From Eledone cirrhosa (Eukaryota): a DNA stretch of 64,000 nucleotides. Positions 49,500 to 64,000 of this stretch are shown here, one piece after another (the first letter of the stretch is position 1; every line of letters begins with the position of its first letter). Below the pieces are notes generated by a model. The model had not been told where the DNA came from, did no database searches, and worked only from the letters and a program-made list of their open reading frames with translations. The translations under genes and the position numbers were made by a program. The DNA lies in assembly GCA_964016885.1 (NCBI GenBank), contig OZ024740.1:193874001-193938000 (forward strand). The letters are read 5' to 3'.

Positions 49500-51420
49500 C
49501 TGAACCACTGCAAATGCAACTATTTAGACAACCCCTCTAATAGACTTGTAAGCCCTTCTACATCTGATATAGGTCGAATTAGCAAGTGTATCCTTGCCCG
49601 TATTATACCTATTTTGAAAGACAGAATTAGTTTAAGCTTTGGTTCAATACGAACCAGGTTATTCACTCTTTCAGTAGCATTATTAGGTATCTTCTTAAAT
49701 TTATACAATTTGACATCGATAATTGCTATGCCTCTGTATCCCCTATTTTATTTAAGAAAGCCCTAGCCTTAGCTGGTACTAATACTGATTTATCTAGAAA
49801 GGAAATATACATTATATTGACGGCTAGACAAACTATAATTGAGTTCAATGGTAATTATTGGACTAGGGATAATAGAACAAATAACGTCGCCATCATTATG
49901 GGGTCAACTGAATTCTGCTCAGGTTACTGAGCTCGTAGGAATTTACCATTTACACAAACTTAAGATGGACTTACCCCATCTACAAGGTGGCTTATACAGA
50001 GACGATGCTCTATTTACTGTAGATAACTTTAACACACGTAGAATTGAGATTCTTAAGAAGCATATGCATAATGGTCTTTCTATCGCGATTGAAACCAACT
50101 ATAAGGTTGTTAATTTCCTTGCTGCCACTGTAGACCTTAATACAGGGCTATACCGTCCTTATCATAAACCCGGTGAGATCTTAACCTATATTAATTGCCT
50201 CTCTAACACACCTTTCCTTTCTTAAATCCATTGTAAAGATTCAGTATATTACACACGATCTCTAGGCTCTCAGCAGATGAGAGTATATTTAACCAAATTG
50301 CTTAATACTATAATGAGGCTCTTTCTAAATCAGGCCATAAAGATAACATTTATTACTTACATTATATTATATCCACTCAACAATTAAGTTATAATGATGT
50401 AATCACACAGAGTTTTATCTCTAGTAAGATTAGGATTAAAATCGCTAATAGAAAAAACAAAACCGGCCTCCTTATAATAGCTTCCTACCTACTCCTAGCA
50501 ATAAATTCAGAATTAGCTCTCATAGATACCTTAACCAAACGCCTTCCTTGAGTACTAAAAATTCATCCACCACTACTCTTAATAATTTAATGAATACTCT
50601 AAACTTACCTATGAACCCCTCTAATAATCATGGTACTATGCGCCGTAAGAAATCTCGTAATTCCTCCCTCTCACTTAATGTTTCTTCTAACCTCGCTAAA
50701 ATGTTCTACTTGCAAATTAATTTCCCTCCTGACCACAAATACTATAAAGTATTCCTATAAAGTATTACTATAAAGAATTCCTTTTCTACTACCCCTAATT
50801 TAGCCAATTATATTGCTTTTAGTAACCATAAGAAATTAAAAAGACATAGGGCCTCCCTTTCTGATAATTTATCTCTATATATTAACCATATACATACGAA
50901 TAATTCTAACTCTAACTCTCATCCAGTTAACTCTCCTATCTCCTCACCGACAAATGATATGCCTTCTAGTTCTACCCATACGCCTACATTATCCACTACC
51001 TATAACCGTAACTGTAACTGTAGAAATCCTAATAACTGCCCTCTGAATGGTCTGAATGGTCTGAATGGCCTTACTAATAATGTAGTATATAGAAGCACTG
51101 TTAAAACATATAGTGACACTAAGACTTACATTGGAGCTATTGCTAACCCTTTCAAAATTCGTTTTAATTCTCATACTCATTCTTTTAAGAATAGTAATTT
51201 AAAATCTTCTTCTTTATCTAGACTTATAAATACACTTAAACTCTCGAATATTAAATACTCTTTAGTTTGGGCTATGTTAGCCAAATCCTCTTCATACAAA
51301 GGCTGTTTATCTGAAGCATACAAAGGCATATTTATCCGAAGCTTATTTCATAACTATGACTAAACCCCGCCCAATAAATGACAGCAACGAGATTGTTATT
51401 ATCTGCCATCCTCCTTCGCT
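49500..51420 (+). pseudogene. PLE reverse transcriptase and GIY-YIG endonuclease, disrupted
   Basis: SAQVTELVG, GLYRDDAL, VNFL...DLNTGLYRPYHKP, CNCRNPNNCPLNG..LTNNVVY...YIG....FKIRFNSH. Confidence 0.92.
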
Positions 51421-52062
51421 AACCGTGTTTTTGATCCCACTTAAATTCGATTATTTTAATTGATTATCCCCCCCCCTTCTTTAATCTTTTTAACTTAAAT
51501 CACTTTCCATATTATCTTATTTCACTTTATTTTACTACTGATATTTTCTGAATATCCCATTTCTTCCATCCCCTTTGACCTTAGTACATATATTTAAACT
51601 TATTTATATCCTATTTAATTTAATCTTGTTTATTTTTTTTCAATTAATTTTACTTCATTTCTTATAGCTTCCATCTATATTATCTTTTTTGTTTTTGTTT
51701 TTAGAGTGAATTTTTACTGCTTAGACCTTCCTCCTGCCTTTCTATACTATTTAACTAAATTTTTCATACATTTTTTCTTAAACCATTAATTTTCATTGTT
51801 ACATAATCCCCCCCCCCCCTCTTTTCTTTCTGAAACGTTTCTAGATAAATTTTAAATTAACCATAAAATATAAATTTTTAGTCATGTATCTCCCTTTATT
51901 CTCAGTTATGGCCCCTATCATACACACTTCCGCTCGCATTTAAATTTCTCCATTTGTTTTTTAAAAACGTCATCCAAGTATTACATTTATTACATTTAAG
52001 GTAGGCCTTATTTTTCAGTGAAATGTTTTTCTTTTTGAATTTTTATATCTAATTTTTGTTTG

Positions 52063-52211
52063 TTTTCGTCTCTGAAGAGGGGACAATTTCAAATATTTTA
52101 ATTTTTTTCATTCTTTTTTTTTTTGTACGTTCATCGTTTTTATGATCGATAATTACCTCCTTTATGTACAAATTAAGGATTTTGTTTCTGAAACGATTTG
52201 TCAGACGGAAA
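52063..52211 (+). ncRNA. Hammerhead ribozyme with ~95-nt loop II insertion
   Basis: Stem I TTTTCGTCT/AGACGGAAA, CTGAAGA (52072-52078), stem II GGGGACAA/TTGTTTCT, GAA-AC gattt GT-C (GUC triplet, cut after 52202). Confidence 0.8.
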
Positions 52212-52489
52212 ATATATTTATTCAAAAATGTGACGTTGTTTTCTCTAATATTTAATATATGTAATTTAGCTCTGCTTATACAAATTTTGCTTGATATTTT
52301 TTCTCCGGCTTACCTGCTTTGCTCGCTTGTCTTGCAATACCTGTTGATTACGTAATATTCCTTGTTCGGTCATTATACCAAAAGCTTATTGTTTTAAGCA
52401 GAAAGTAATATTGATTTAGGTGTCGCAGAAACCCTGTACTGGATTTTATCATCAATTCCAGGGGTCCAGATTTGTTATATATATATATT

Positions 52490-52825
<336 letters not shown>

Positions 52826-52846
52826 TATATATATATATATATATAT

Positions 52847-53106
52847 AACGAAGGAAATGTGGTAAGGAACTAGGTGGACGATAACGCACCAAAGTACTCA
52901 ATACTTAGGGTAGTAGAGTGGGTAATAGGAACGAGTAGGACCCCGACGGCTGAGCTGAAGCCGTTTCGACTGCTAATTCTGGACTAAATAAACATTTTTA
53001 TCCTGGTATTTGAATGATTCAAATACCAGGATAAACATTTTTATTTAGTCCAGAATTAGCCGTCGAAACGGCTTGAGCTCAGCCGTAGGGGTCCTACTCG
53101 TTCCTA
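52847..53106. mobile_element. Fold-back element family A (longest copy)
   Basis: ~52926-53012 inverts 53015-53106. Same fixed ends as the other copies. Confidence 0.85.
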
Positions 53107-53721
53107 TATATATATATATATATATGATTATGTCATTTATTTTGTCTGACCTGTTTAGCTTGTTTTGGGGGTTAGGTGGTCTATAGTTTCTTGCCCGCCT
53201 TCTCAGGTTCTATGGCCTTTATAACATAGGTTTATTGCTCTAGTCTTTTAGACTATGGAGCGCTTGCCAGCATGAATCGGAATTTACGTTACGTTTCGCT
53301 TTTTCTACCCGCCGAAATGCGATTCTCGCTGAATTCATATTTGTATTAATCTCCCGAGTCTTACAATTTACATGTTAATAATTCTATTGACAGATTAATT
53401 GTATAAGTTTATTTTTAAAAATACCCAGTCGAGTGCTCATTCGAATTGTGTTATTTATGCAATTGTATACATGATTTACACATACTGAATTCATTTGCCA
53501 AAATCTGGGGTTTTTCCCCTGTGAGTTACACATGTGCTTTTACTAAACACTGTGTCATCCACAATACTGGCGCAGAACAAAATACCTGTTGATAACGTGA
53601 TATTCCTTGTTCGATCATTATACCAAAAGCTTATTGTTTTAAGCAGAAAGTAATATTGATTTAGGTGTCGCAGAAACCCTGTACTGGATTTTACCATCAA
53701 TTCAAGGGGTCCAGGTTTGTT

Positions 53722-53753
<32 letters not shown>

Positions 53754-53965
53754 GATTATGTCATTTATTTTGTCTAACCTGTTTAGCTTGACTTGATTTT
53801 TGGCTCGGGTCGTCTATAGCTTCTTGACCGCCTTCTCAGTCTGTATGGCCTTTATAACCTATGTTTATTGCTCTAGCCTTTTATACTATGGAGCGCTTGC
53901 CAGCATGACTCGGAATTTGCGTTACGTTTCGCTTTTTCTACCCGACGAAATGTGATTCTCCCTGA

Positions 53966-54042
<77 letters not shown>

Positions 54043-54774
54043 ACTATTATAATTCAGTTATCACGCTGAAACAATCACCAGCAACACTTGAAACTACTCA
54101 GTAATATGAAAGTGCAAAATCTCCTTATGGTGGTTTGTATATATCTATCTATATATATATATATATGAGTGTGTCTGTGTGTGTGAGTGTGTGTGTGTGG
54201 GGGGTGGGTGAGTGGGGGGTTGTGTTTTGGAACAGTAACAGTAAATCTACTTAAACTAAATTATTGCAATTAAACACTCAAACATGACGAATTAATGACG
54301 AAATTACGATCTCCATCAATCTTTCTTCTTGCTCTCACGTGGCTGACGATGTTTATAGGTGCATTTACAAAACAACGCATAAGTTATATACTATATAAAT
54401 ATTTATTGACATAAATTCAGAGTTTTCATTCCATTTGAAATATTGTCGATTTATTATAATTCTACATGATTACAATGTAATGACGCCTATTTATGCATTT
54501 ATTTCGACATTCATTTCGTTTCTTTGTGTAAGATAATTTTTAATATGACTTATATTTGCTATCAGTTAGTTATCAGGCGCAATGTTTATATACAAAGAAG
54601 ACTCTATCTAAGAAGCCATATTTTATTTTTGTTTTTCCCTGTAGCCTATTTTCATATATGCCATCAAATAAAGTGTGTGAATATATGTCAATAGTAAAAA
54701 TAATTCATTTAATATGTTTAATAAACACAGTTTAGCATGCAGTTACAAGATATGCTTGGCAGCATTATTAGTAA

Positions 54775-54992
54775 ATCTACTAATGCACTGGATTGACAGA
54801 ACTTTTAGATCTTCGGAAACAGTTTACTTATAGGACATGCATCTGAGTTCAAATACTTCCGGGGACAAATTTACTCTTCCTCATTCCGAGGTGAATAAAA
54901 TAAAGAACCTAACAAATAATGGAAACAATTTAATCAAATTCCCTCATTAAAATTATTGCTCGCCTTATGCCTGAATTGGAAACCATTAATAT
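54775..54992 (+). mobile_element. Old SINE family 1-related copy
   Basis: CTGAGTTCAAATAC, degenerate core and GCCTTATGCC...GAAACCATT end. Similar relics lie at ~32520-32645 (-) and ~34570-34715 (+). Confidence 0.55.
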
Positions 54993-57324
54993 TATGATTG
55001 TTCGAATATTTTATGTCACTGTTTAGAATTCGAATTATTTTTGTTCACGTTCGTCGCTATTGGATTTGAGAAAATGCAGGTAATCGGACAAGACAGGATA
55101 ATTTCTGTTCATTAATAATATATGTTGTGGTTAAACTAAAAAATAATCTACATGTTTTCTGTCACTAGAGACTAGATACAGGCTAAAATATTGATATTAT
55201 ATTGGACATTTTGGTTTCAAATCCCTCTAGGTTTTCATGTATCTGTTTTCATTTCACAATCGATAAAATGATAATGCACACAAAACAAAGCAATTGCATT
55301 TGATATATATTAGCATACTATACAAAGCACTTGCGTTGTGTCTGAACACAAACATACAATGTTTTTAGCGTCGGTTCACAATCACTAAACCTGACAAATG
55401 AAGCTTTCAGTGACTTTTCGGTTTTCTTTCATTGCATCCATCAGTATTATGGGATTTGCTCTTGAGAATCTAACCTTTATGTAAAACTGGCAAATTATCA
55501 AATAAAGCGAGAATGAAAATTACTAGATCCCATAAACTTCATGCATTTCCTGGTTGAACACCAATTGTAACCTCTCTATGAGATGAGCAAGTCAAAATAC
55601 AGGGGCACATACTGTTTTCGATTATAAACTTCACCAGTAAATTTCATGCGTTCAGAGTAAGTGTATGCACTAAGGATACTTTAGAATAGAACCAGAATCG
55701 TGTGTTAATCATAACCTGGAGCAAGTACATTCCTTTTGAAATGTAGTCGAGGATTGGAATAGATTAATGAAGCCACTTACTACTCAAGTAATGTCTCTGA
55801 TATTTTAGATACATGTTTGCATAACACCACATTAAACAGTTCTTACACCAGTCACCTGTAGCAAATTAAATTCCCATCATAGTCAACTACTTAAAGGTAT
55901 TTACATAATGTGCACCTCATATGTGTCTTGAAATGATAAAGTTGATAATTAATTCCTTATTTATGGTCGGCAATTCATAACGGTCTGGGTTATATTCATA
56001 TATGTGCATTATATGATGTATTCAATATGTCCAATATCATTTAATGTAATTATAATACGCTAGTAGTTTAATAATTTAAGGAAACAATAGACGTGCTATG
56101 TCGGGAGACAATCGTACGATATAGCTTTAGTGATCGACGTTTACGCCTTGTCACGATACATTTAAACATTCATCGTTCAAAAGTCGATAACGCACCAGCC
56201 CTGTAGGGAAGAATTATTTAGATTGATCAGAAATGAAAATAACTTTTGTGCTTATCGTCTGTAACAAAGTAATAAATGGAAAGCCGTTGGGTCACTTGTA
56301 TTATATTTAATTTATAAATCGTACACTATAGATGTTGTTATCTATCTACACTTGACGTGCGAACAAATATGTTTATAATAAATGCTTACAGTGTTTAATT
56401 TCAGTTAATAACTATAACATAGAATGTTCCTCTCTTTTATCAAATTTTGTGCAAACCATTGAAAGTATATACATATAACGCAGAATATTGACATAAAGTG
56501 TTCAATCTTCATTAAACGATGTACTGCAAAATCTTCTAAATGAATTTATAAAATGTTTATTCTTGTCATTAGTTTCACTTCATTTAAATTAGATATAAAT
56601 GGTTTTTTTCTTATTGAATTTCTTAAAAAATTTTCTTTTAAGAAAATACCTTCAAATGTTAAAAAGTGTTCTCAGGAATCTAGCGAAAGTGATTGGCAAG
56701 CGTGGCGAAGTATATATACATCAATATATTTTACAATTTAATGTAACTAAATGTTATTAGTTATATGATTAATATAAGGAGCATAATGAATAGAAATTAA
56801 TGATTATTAAATGTGTCTGTGTGGGTTTCAACTCACGTAAGTCTGTTGTAAATATTTATGATATCCAATATAATATTATATGAATCGTTTAGAAAAATAG
56901 AAATCGATACATTGTTCTTAGTTTCCCTTTTCTAGACGGAAACTGCAAGCAAATATTACGGTGAACCAATCGACATACAGGGCAAATAGTAGAAATAGCT
57001 TTTACCATTACATGTTGAGATTAGTTCTTATTCAACAATGCTCGAAAGTGACGTTAAGGCTATTAATGACTTAATAGAACTCCCACACAGAGCCTTATTC
57101 AACTTCTATTTCTCTACGTCAGGCTGATGAACGATGCACTATATCTACGATGAATAATATATTATTCTACCATGCTAAAACATTCCAATAGCCATATTCA
57201 TATAGTAATGCAATCTAATTTCCAGGTAGTTGAATGGAAATGATTACTCTCTAAAACGCAACGGAGAAAAAAGACTAAAATTCCAAAGTCTACATCGAAC
57301 CCGGAAGCTCATCAGACTTTTGCT

Positions 57325-57566
57325 TATCCTGGTTTACATGGCATTAAGTGACTGAGACTATAAGATTGGCCCTGGACAAGACGCCAGTCTATCGCAGAAT
57401 TAAAGGCCCAGCTACTGTTGTTACTCGTTTTCAGCTCAGTATAATGCAGCAACGTGAAATGATGTGTGGTGCTGAAGAGCAAAACACACAACTTAGTCCA
57501 GGAATCGAACTCGCGATGTTATGATCGTAAGCCCAGCAAACTAACCCTCAGGCTGCGCGCTTTCAC
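57325..57566 (-). mobile_element. tRNA-derived SINE family 2
   Basis: Minus strand has a tRNA-like head with B-box GAGTTCGATTCC, then ATTTCACGTTGCT...CTGAGCTG core. Confidence 0.7.
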
Positions 57567-60265
57567 GAGAACAAAAGGCACCGAGGAATAACTCAACAAA
57601 TGGTCATGTCACATTGTTAAATGTAAATACCACTGGCGACTGTCAAAATAAGCCATATTTTGTTTGTTAATTTGATATTTAAAACGAAATGAAAAGTATC
57701 TCTGAATATAGAAATTATTGAATTAAGTAGAATATTTTTACTGAATGTTTTGTTTAACATACCTGTCCTGCTATCAACTAATGGTGTTAAAATTATTTCT
57801 GGCCCAAAGAACATTTCGTTTCCGACAACGCTCCAGGTCATACTTCAAACATTGAAGCATGCACACCTGTTGTTTTCAGAACAATAGACACAGAGTCACT
57901 TGTAGTTAATGAAGGTTTTCGAAAGAGTGTAAAATGAGCTCTCTTAATCAAGTATATCCGTGCATACTTGCGGACAGAAGTTGGAATTAAAAATTTGATA
58001 CGGGTAAAGTTTGAGTTTTATTGCAAGCTGATAATGGGTTCTTCACCTTTGAAGACCTTAATGAATTAACAGAACCCATAATGTTTACTTCAAATAGTAA
58101 AGAATGGAGTCCCGCACAAATAGTTTTAATAACATAGATTATATACGACAGTCATAGAGATTTATCTCCAGATTTTGAGTAATCTAAAAATGAATTTAAT
58201 GTTTTAACGCAGCATGAATGTTGAAAGACTGCAAATGCTAACGCTGAACAGTTATAAGAAAGAATAAGAGGTTTGAAAGAATACAAGGCAATCAACACAT
58301 GACACCATGTTTGTAAAAGTAAAACTCTTGCCAAAATCTGGGGTCATATGTTGCCTTACCTTTTGTATATACACAGAGCATGTTTTCATATTTTATTGAA
58401 TTGCCCATAATTCCGTTCAAATGTGGTTTTAATGTTTAAAGGGGCACTCTATATTCCTTCAGATAGTTAAGATTGCATATTTGCGTAAAAAAACTACCAT
58501 GTACCATCTTCTGAAACGAAATACTAAATCAGTAAGCAGGTTCTTGATGCACTTCGATTTCAAAGATTATATGTCAATAATACTTTCGTCTGTTTAGCGT
58601 ATGTATAAATATGTTTTCACTTTCCTCAAGAACGTCACAAAATACTATGTGCAATATATACGAACAACACTTATAAATTAAGTGAGAAATAATTAAGAGG
58701 ACAATTTATGTCGCAGACGGTTTGAATAATATTGCCGTTTAGTGTGAACACTTTGTTTTATTCGATTTTCAGATGTCGCAATACTTCGTCAATTTCTGAC
58801 GTCACCGAAGTATTTTGATAAACTATCGTTTAAAACACTATTATGACAGGAGAGCAATGCGTCATCTCTATTTTATTCCAGAATGTACCGAAATCGCAAA
58901 GAAAATATAATCTATATCTATCAGTTTTTATTCCCATCCTGTCCAGTAGTTAATTATATTTTTAATGGTTTTCCCAATTCCGTTGTAGATGGATACTTTG
59001 AGATACTGATCAATCACGGGGGATGGTGGTGTGATTTAATTAACAATAATAGCATAATGTTCTTTAACCGTAGTACTCAGTGACAATATTTTAGTAAACC
59101 TTTTATCTGTTCTTTAATCTTGAGGTATAACAAGAAATTGTATTTAAAGTAGTAGCAAATTATTTTGCTTGAAATAATTTCAATCTTTCTTCTGCCTCGT
59201 TTAGGATGTACTTGCTGAATGAGTCTAAAAACTTTATTTACACTAATTGACAGTATGAATATTTCTTTTTTAAATGTGTTTGTTTAAACGTATTTGCAAA
59301 CACAGCCTTACCCCGTTAGAGTATATTAGTATGCGTTCTTTTATTGTACATTTATATACATTAATAAAGCAATTACATGTTAATTGAAATAATAACTTTG
59401 TCACATTCCTGCAATATTCTTAACTTTAATAATGCTTCCGTTATTATCATGCGTACACAATCTATTTTATTAAATAAATCATATGCCCCATGAGTGTGTA
59501 TGCTTTTAAAAATATATAATATGCTTACATACTGTTTTGCATATGCATCATCTGTATTCAATTTCGTTTTTATTATTCCATATTTCTTTGATTCCTGAAA
59601 AGCAATTTGTATTATAATTATTTACATAATAAATAAAGAAATCATTATAATTATTTACGCAATTATTAAGCTTTATTAAATTAATAGTACGAAACACGTA
59701 AGAAAATTATTTACAACTTATATTGGCAGCTTCTGGGCAGATATTTTAAATATAATCTGATGTTAAGACAGGCTAATGAACACTTTTGAATTGTATTCGG
59801 TATTCGTATACGAATACAGGACACAGAAAACAATCACATCGTGGAAGTGTCATTTTAGCCAGTACACAGATTTTGTAATGCTTCTCGCAGTTACAATTTT
59901 CCTCGCAAACCCTATCAGTGGACAGGTTTCACGCAGTACGAAGAAAACATTGACGCCAAGAAATATATAATAAATATAAAATGAAGACCTTGTGTAGTTG
60001 TGAATGGCTAACACGAATATTTTGGGGTGTAGATATAGTAACAAATGGTACGGTGACAATACAAAATGATGGCAGAATTGTGGAAGTTGGAATGCCCTCT
60101 GCTTATGGGTTTGCTTGATCCTATCTGCCACTTCTTTACAGGCAGGTTAAATGTCTTAAGATAACGTAGTAATAGTAAAAACTGCAGCAAGCTAATAATT
60201 AAAAATAAACCGCAGCTATTCAATATGGTATGTCTAATTCAAAAATACCGAATAGTAAATCAAAT

Positions 60266-60376
60266 AATTGTTTCTACTTTTGGCACAAGGCCAGAAATTA
60301 CCCAGTACATTACTGGTACTTTATTTTATCGACCCCGTAAGGATGAAAGACAAAGTTAATCTCGGCAGGATTTGAA
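60266..60376 (-). mobile_element. SINE family 1, 3' part
   Basis: Matches the other copies. Confidence 0.8.
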
Positions 60377-60585
60377 TAGTAGATCAAATAATGAGAATGA
60401 TAAGCATATGAGTGAATGTAACCCGTTGAATATCCGAAACAGTTTGAGGGATGGCTGGTCCATTACTGTCCAAATATTATATGCATCACATAATAACAGG
60501 ATTTATTTGAATAAAACCCTAGCAGATGTTGTTCGTGTAACCCTTTCAATCCAGTATTGAGACGAGAAAACACCATTATTTGTAG

Positions 60586-60772
60586 TGGATTGGCAGTATC
60601 GGTAGAAGGTCGGACGCCATGCTTTTCAGCAAAGAGTTACCACCCTTTATGATTTTAGTTCAAATCCCGCCGAAGTTAACTTTGCCTTTCATCCTTACCG
60701 GGACGATAAAATAAAGCACCAGTAACGTACTGGGATAAGAGCTGCCCTTCTGCCAAAAGTAGAAACACTTAT
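60586..60772 (+). mobile_element. SINE family 1
   Basis: Full-length match. Confidence 0.85.
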
Positions 60773-61639
60773 TTGTATATTATTGATCATCCATCAAATT
60801 TGATTGTGAACATTTAGTTGTTCAATTAACTGAACGTTCGATTCGTGAATAAATGGGTAATTAGGTATTCTACAAAGACATGTGCCTTTAATATAATTCA
60901 CAAGTCGGGTCAGAATGATATAATATGTGACAAAGCTGAATGTTTTGAATTGCAGGTCGAATCCATCAGAAAATCTTCCATAGAGATTCCGACAACCCAA
61001 AACTAAGATCCGAGACTATAGTAAAAATACACCATTAAGATACCAGAGTGAGGTGTAGCCTGGTACTTCCTGATAGAGGGGCAAAGATTTTTAACCACAA
61101 AGTTATGCCTGTATATAATACCCGAAACTAGGCACATTACCTCAGAGATAATTAAGTGCTTTGGTGAGAGATTAAACAATAAAATGGTGTCGGATTTCGA
61201 ACGCCTAGCTCTGAAGGTGAGCATGGAACAGTATCTACTGGCACATGAAATCTAACAAAATAAAATAATAGTTGAACACTCTATGTTCTTACAGAGCAGA
61301 GTGTGATATAATATAAAACCAAAAATCAGTGATGCATCTGGACTCAATTTATTGTGTGTTACAATTGTTTCGCCGGCAGACAGCTCGAGACACGATCATT
61401 GTATGGATCTGCCTGATTCTAGAACTGCAGGTTCGTCGGACACTTGCAACAATTTCGGAACAAATTTTCTCACTTGGGTTTTAGCTTCAAAAGACATCTT
61501 CCTCGCTTGTCCTGCTATTGGCTGTTGTTTTTCTATGTCATCATAAATTCTGGCCAATATTTGATGCCATACTGCCCATCAGCTACTCCCCGTCCGACAC
61601 ACTTCAATGAATTCATGCTGGATTTGGTATTTCACAAGT

Positions 61640-62774
61640 CACTCACACACACATATACACACAAACATATATACATACACATACACACACACGCGCACAT
61701 ACACATATACATATATATATATACATACATATACACACACACTCTCACACACACACACACGTCTACGACCATATAACTAACAACATACGCGTCCACAGGT
61801 GCCTGCCTACATGCCCTCGTACATCAGCTCTCACACGCATGCACACGCACAAACACACAGACAAACACGCACACGCATACAAGGACACACACATGCGTAC
61901 GCGTACATCTAATCATACACACAAACACGTACAGACATATACATAGACACGCACATACACACGCCTGTCCGTACAAAGAGGCACAAGGACAGACACGCTT
62001 CCAAACTCACACATACACACACATACATATATATCTCTCTCTCTATATATATATATACATATGTGTACATGTACACACACATAAACGTACTCACCAGTAA
62101 TCCCTTAGCCTGTTTTAGGTGCAGGTACACACACACACACACACACACACACACTGGCTCATATACATTCAAACAAATACGCGCCCAAATACCTCCGTGC
62201 CCACGTACATCTACAAAGATACATACACGCACACACATATCTCTGTCAGTATTCAAATGTGATATACTCACAGTCATATAAAACTGCACAATGGGTCATA
62301 CAGGGTCATCCATGAAAGGATGCATCCTGTTATAGATGCACGAGTAAAACAATGTAAGCAAATACATACATCCATACACATACATGCAAGCGTACACACA
62401 CATATATAAATAAATAAATAAATAAGTAAATAGAAAATAAAAATATAAATAAAAGTATATATATACACACACATACACATACACACACGCATTCATATAC
62501 GTATACACATATATATATATATACACACACACATTCACATACACACACGCATGCATATACGTATACACATATATATATATATATACACACACACATACAC
62601 ACCCACATATATATGTACATACACACACATACATACACATCAATAAAAAAAAAATACAATATACTAAAATATACATCTAACGTCATACATTAAAATATGT
62701 ATCTCGTACTAAACATGCACAGATATAAACATTATAATCATATACATACATCCATACACATTCACGTAACACAT

Positions 62775-62843
<69 letters not shown>
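61640..62843. repeat. (CA)n/(TA)n-rich low-complexity field
   Basis: Read directly from sequence. Confidence 0.9.
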
Positions 62844-63669
<826 letters not shown>

Positions 63670-63671
63670 TT

Positions 63672-63760
<89 letters not shown>

Positions 63761-63812
63761 GACGTAAAATAAGAAAATATTTTAAAAAAATTTTTTACTT
63801 ACTTAAATTTTC

Positions 63813-63894
63813 ACTCCAACTAATTAGTTTCTGCAATGGGATAAAGACAGTTACGTAATCCAACTGTCGAGAATTCATTGCGTCATCAGGGAGT
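63813..63894 (-). ncRNA. Hammerhead ribozyme with extended stem II
   Basis: ACTCC-CTGATGA-cGCAATG..GACAGTT/AACTGTC..CATTGCa-GAA-ACTAATTAGT-T-GGAGT. Lies in a (TA)n-anchored element running off the window. Confidence 0.85.
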
Positions 63895-64000
63895 CTATTC
63901 TCAGTTAAGTCTCCAGGCAATGCGCGGACACTGGCGGCTCATATAAAAATAATAATAATTCGGTAGATCGAACAGCTTGCGAGGACTGGATTCTATGTAC

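Noticed and set aside
57617-57841. Possible minus-strand exon ending at a CAG|GTATGT donor (~57760)
   Set aside because: No recognisable protein similarity or partner exons; one donor-like site is not sufficient support.
57880-60150. Possible decayed hAT transposase fragments
   Set aside because: Only vague motif echoes, with no TIRs or catalytic motifs I can support.
61340-61640. GC-richer stretch with ~60-codon open frames (similar at 39380-39670)
   Set aside because: No identifiable motif; probably old transposon debris.

Overview
AT-rich animal genomic DNA saturated with (TA)n and (TG)n microsatellites. The SINE types and repeat landscape suggest an octopod cephalopod, which is an inference. 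No host gene is confidently identifiable, and almost all listed ORFs are microsatellite artefacts. Recognisable transposons are a near full-length decayed Tx1-clade LINE (minus strand, ~43270-48997), a 5'-truncated Neptune-type Penelope-like element (PLE; RT plus GIY-YIG, from ~49500), remnants of CRE, R4/Dong, RTE, CR1, Gypsy, Helitron and Tc1/mariner, and about a dozen tRNA-derived SINEs. The main signal is non-coding: roughly 25 type I hammerhead ribozyme (HHR) motifs, folded by eye, from more than a dozen unrelated sequence families. They include long-stem-II forms and core variants (CAGAAGA, TTGAAAA, an extra base after A9). Most sit in short (TA)n-flanked head-to-head fold-back elements with two family-specific fixed ends about 60-100 nt apart and a variable inversion point. 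Others sit in ~1.1-1.2-mer tandem units of 270, 432 and 482 nt that resemble retrozymes. All folds and alignments were done manually, and boundaries of decayed elements are approximate.
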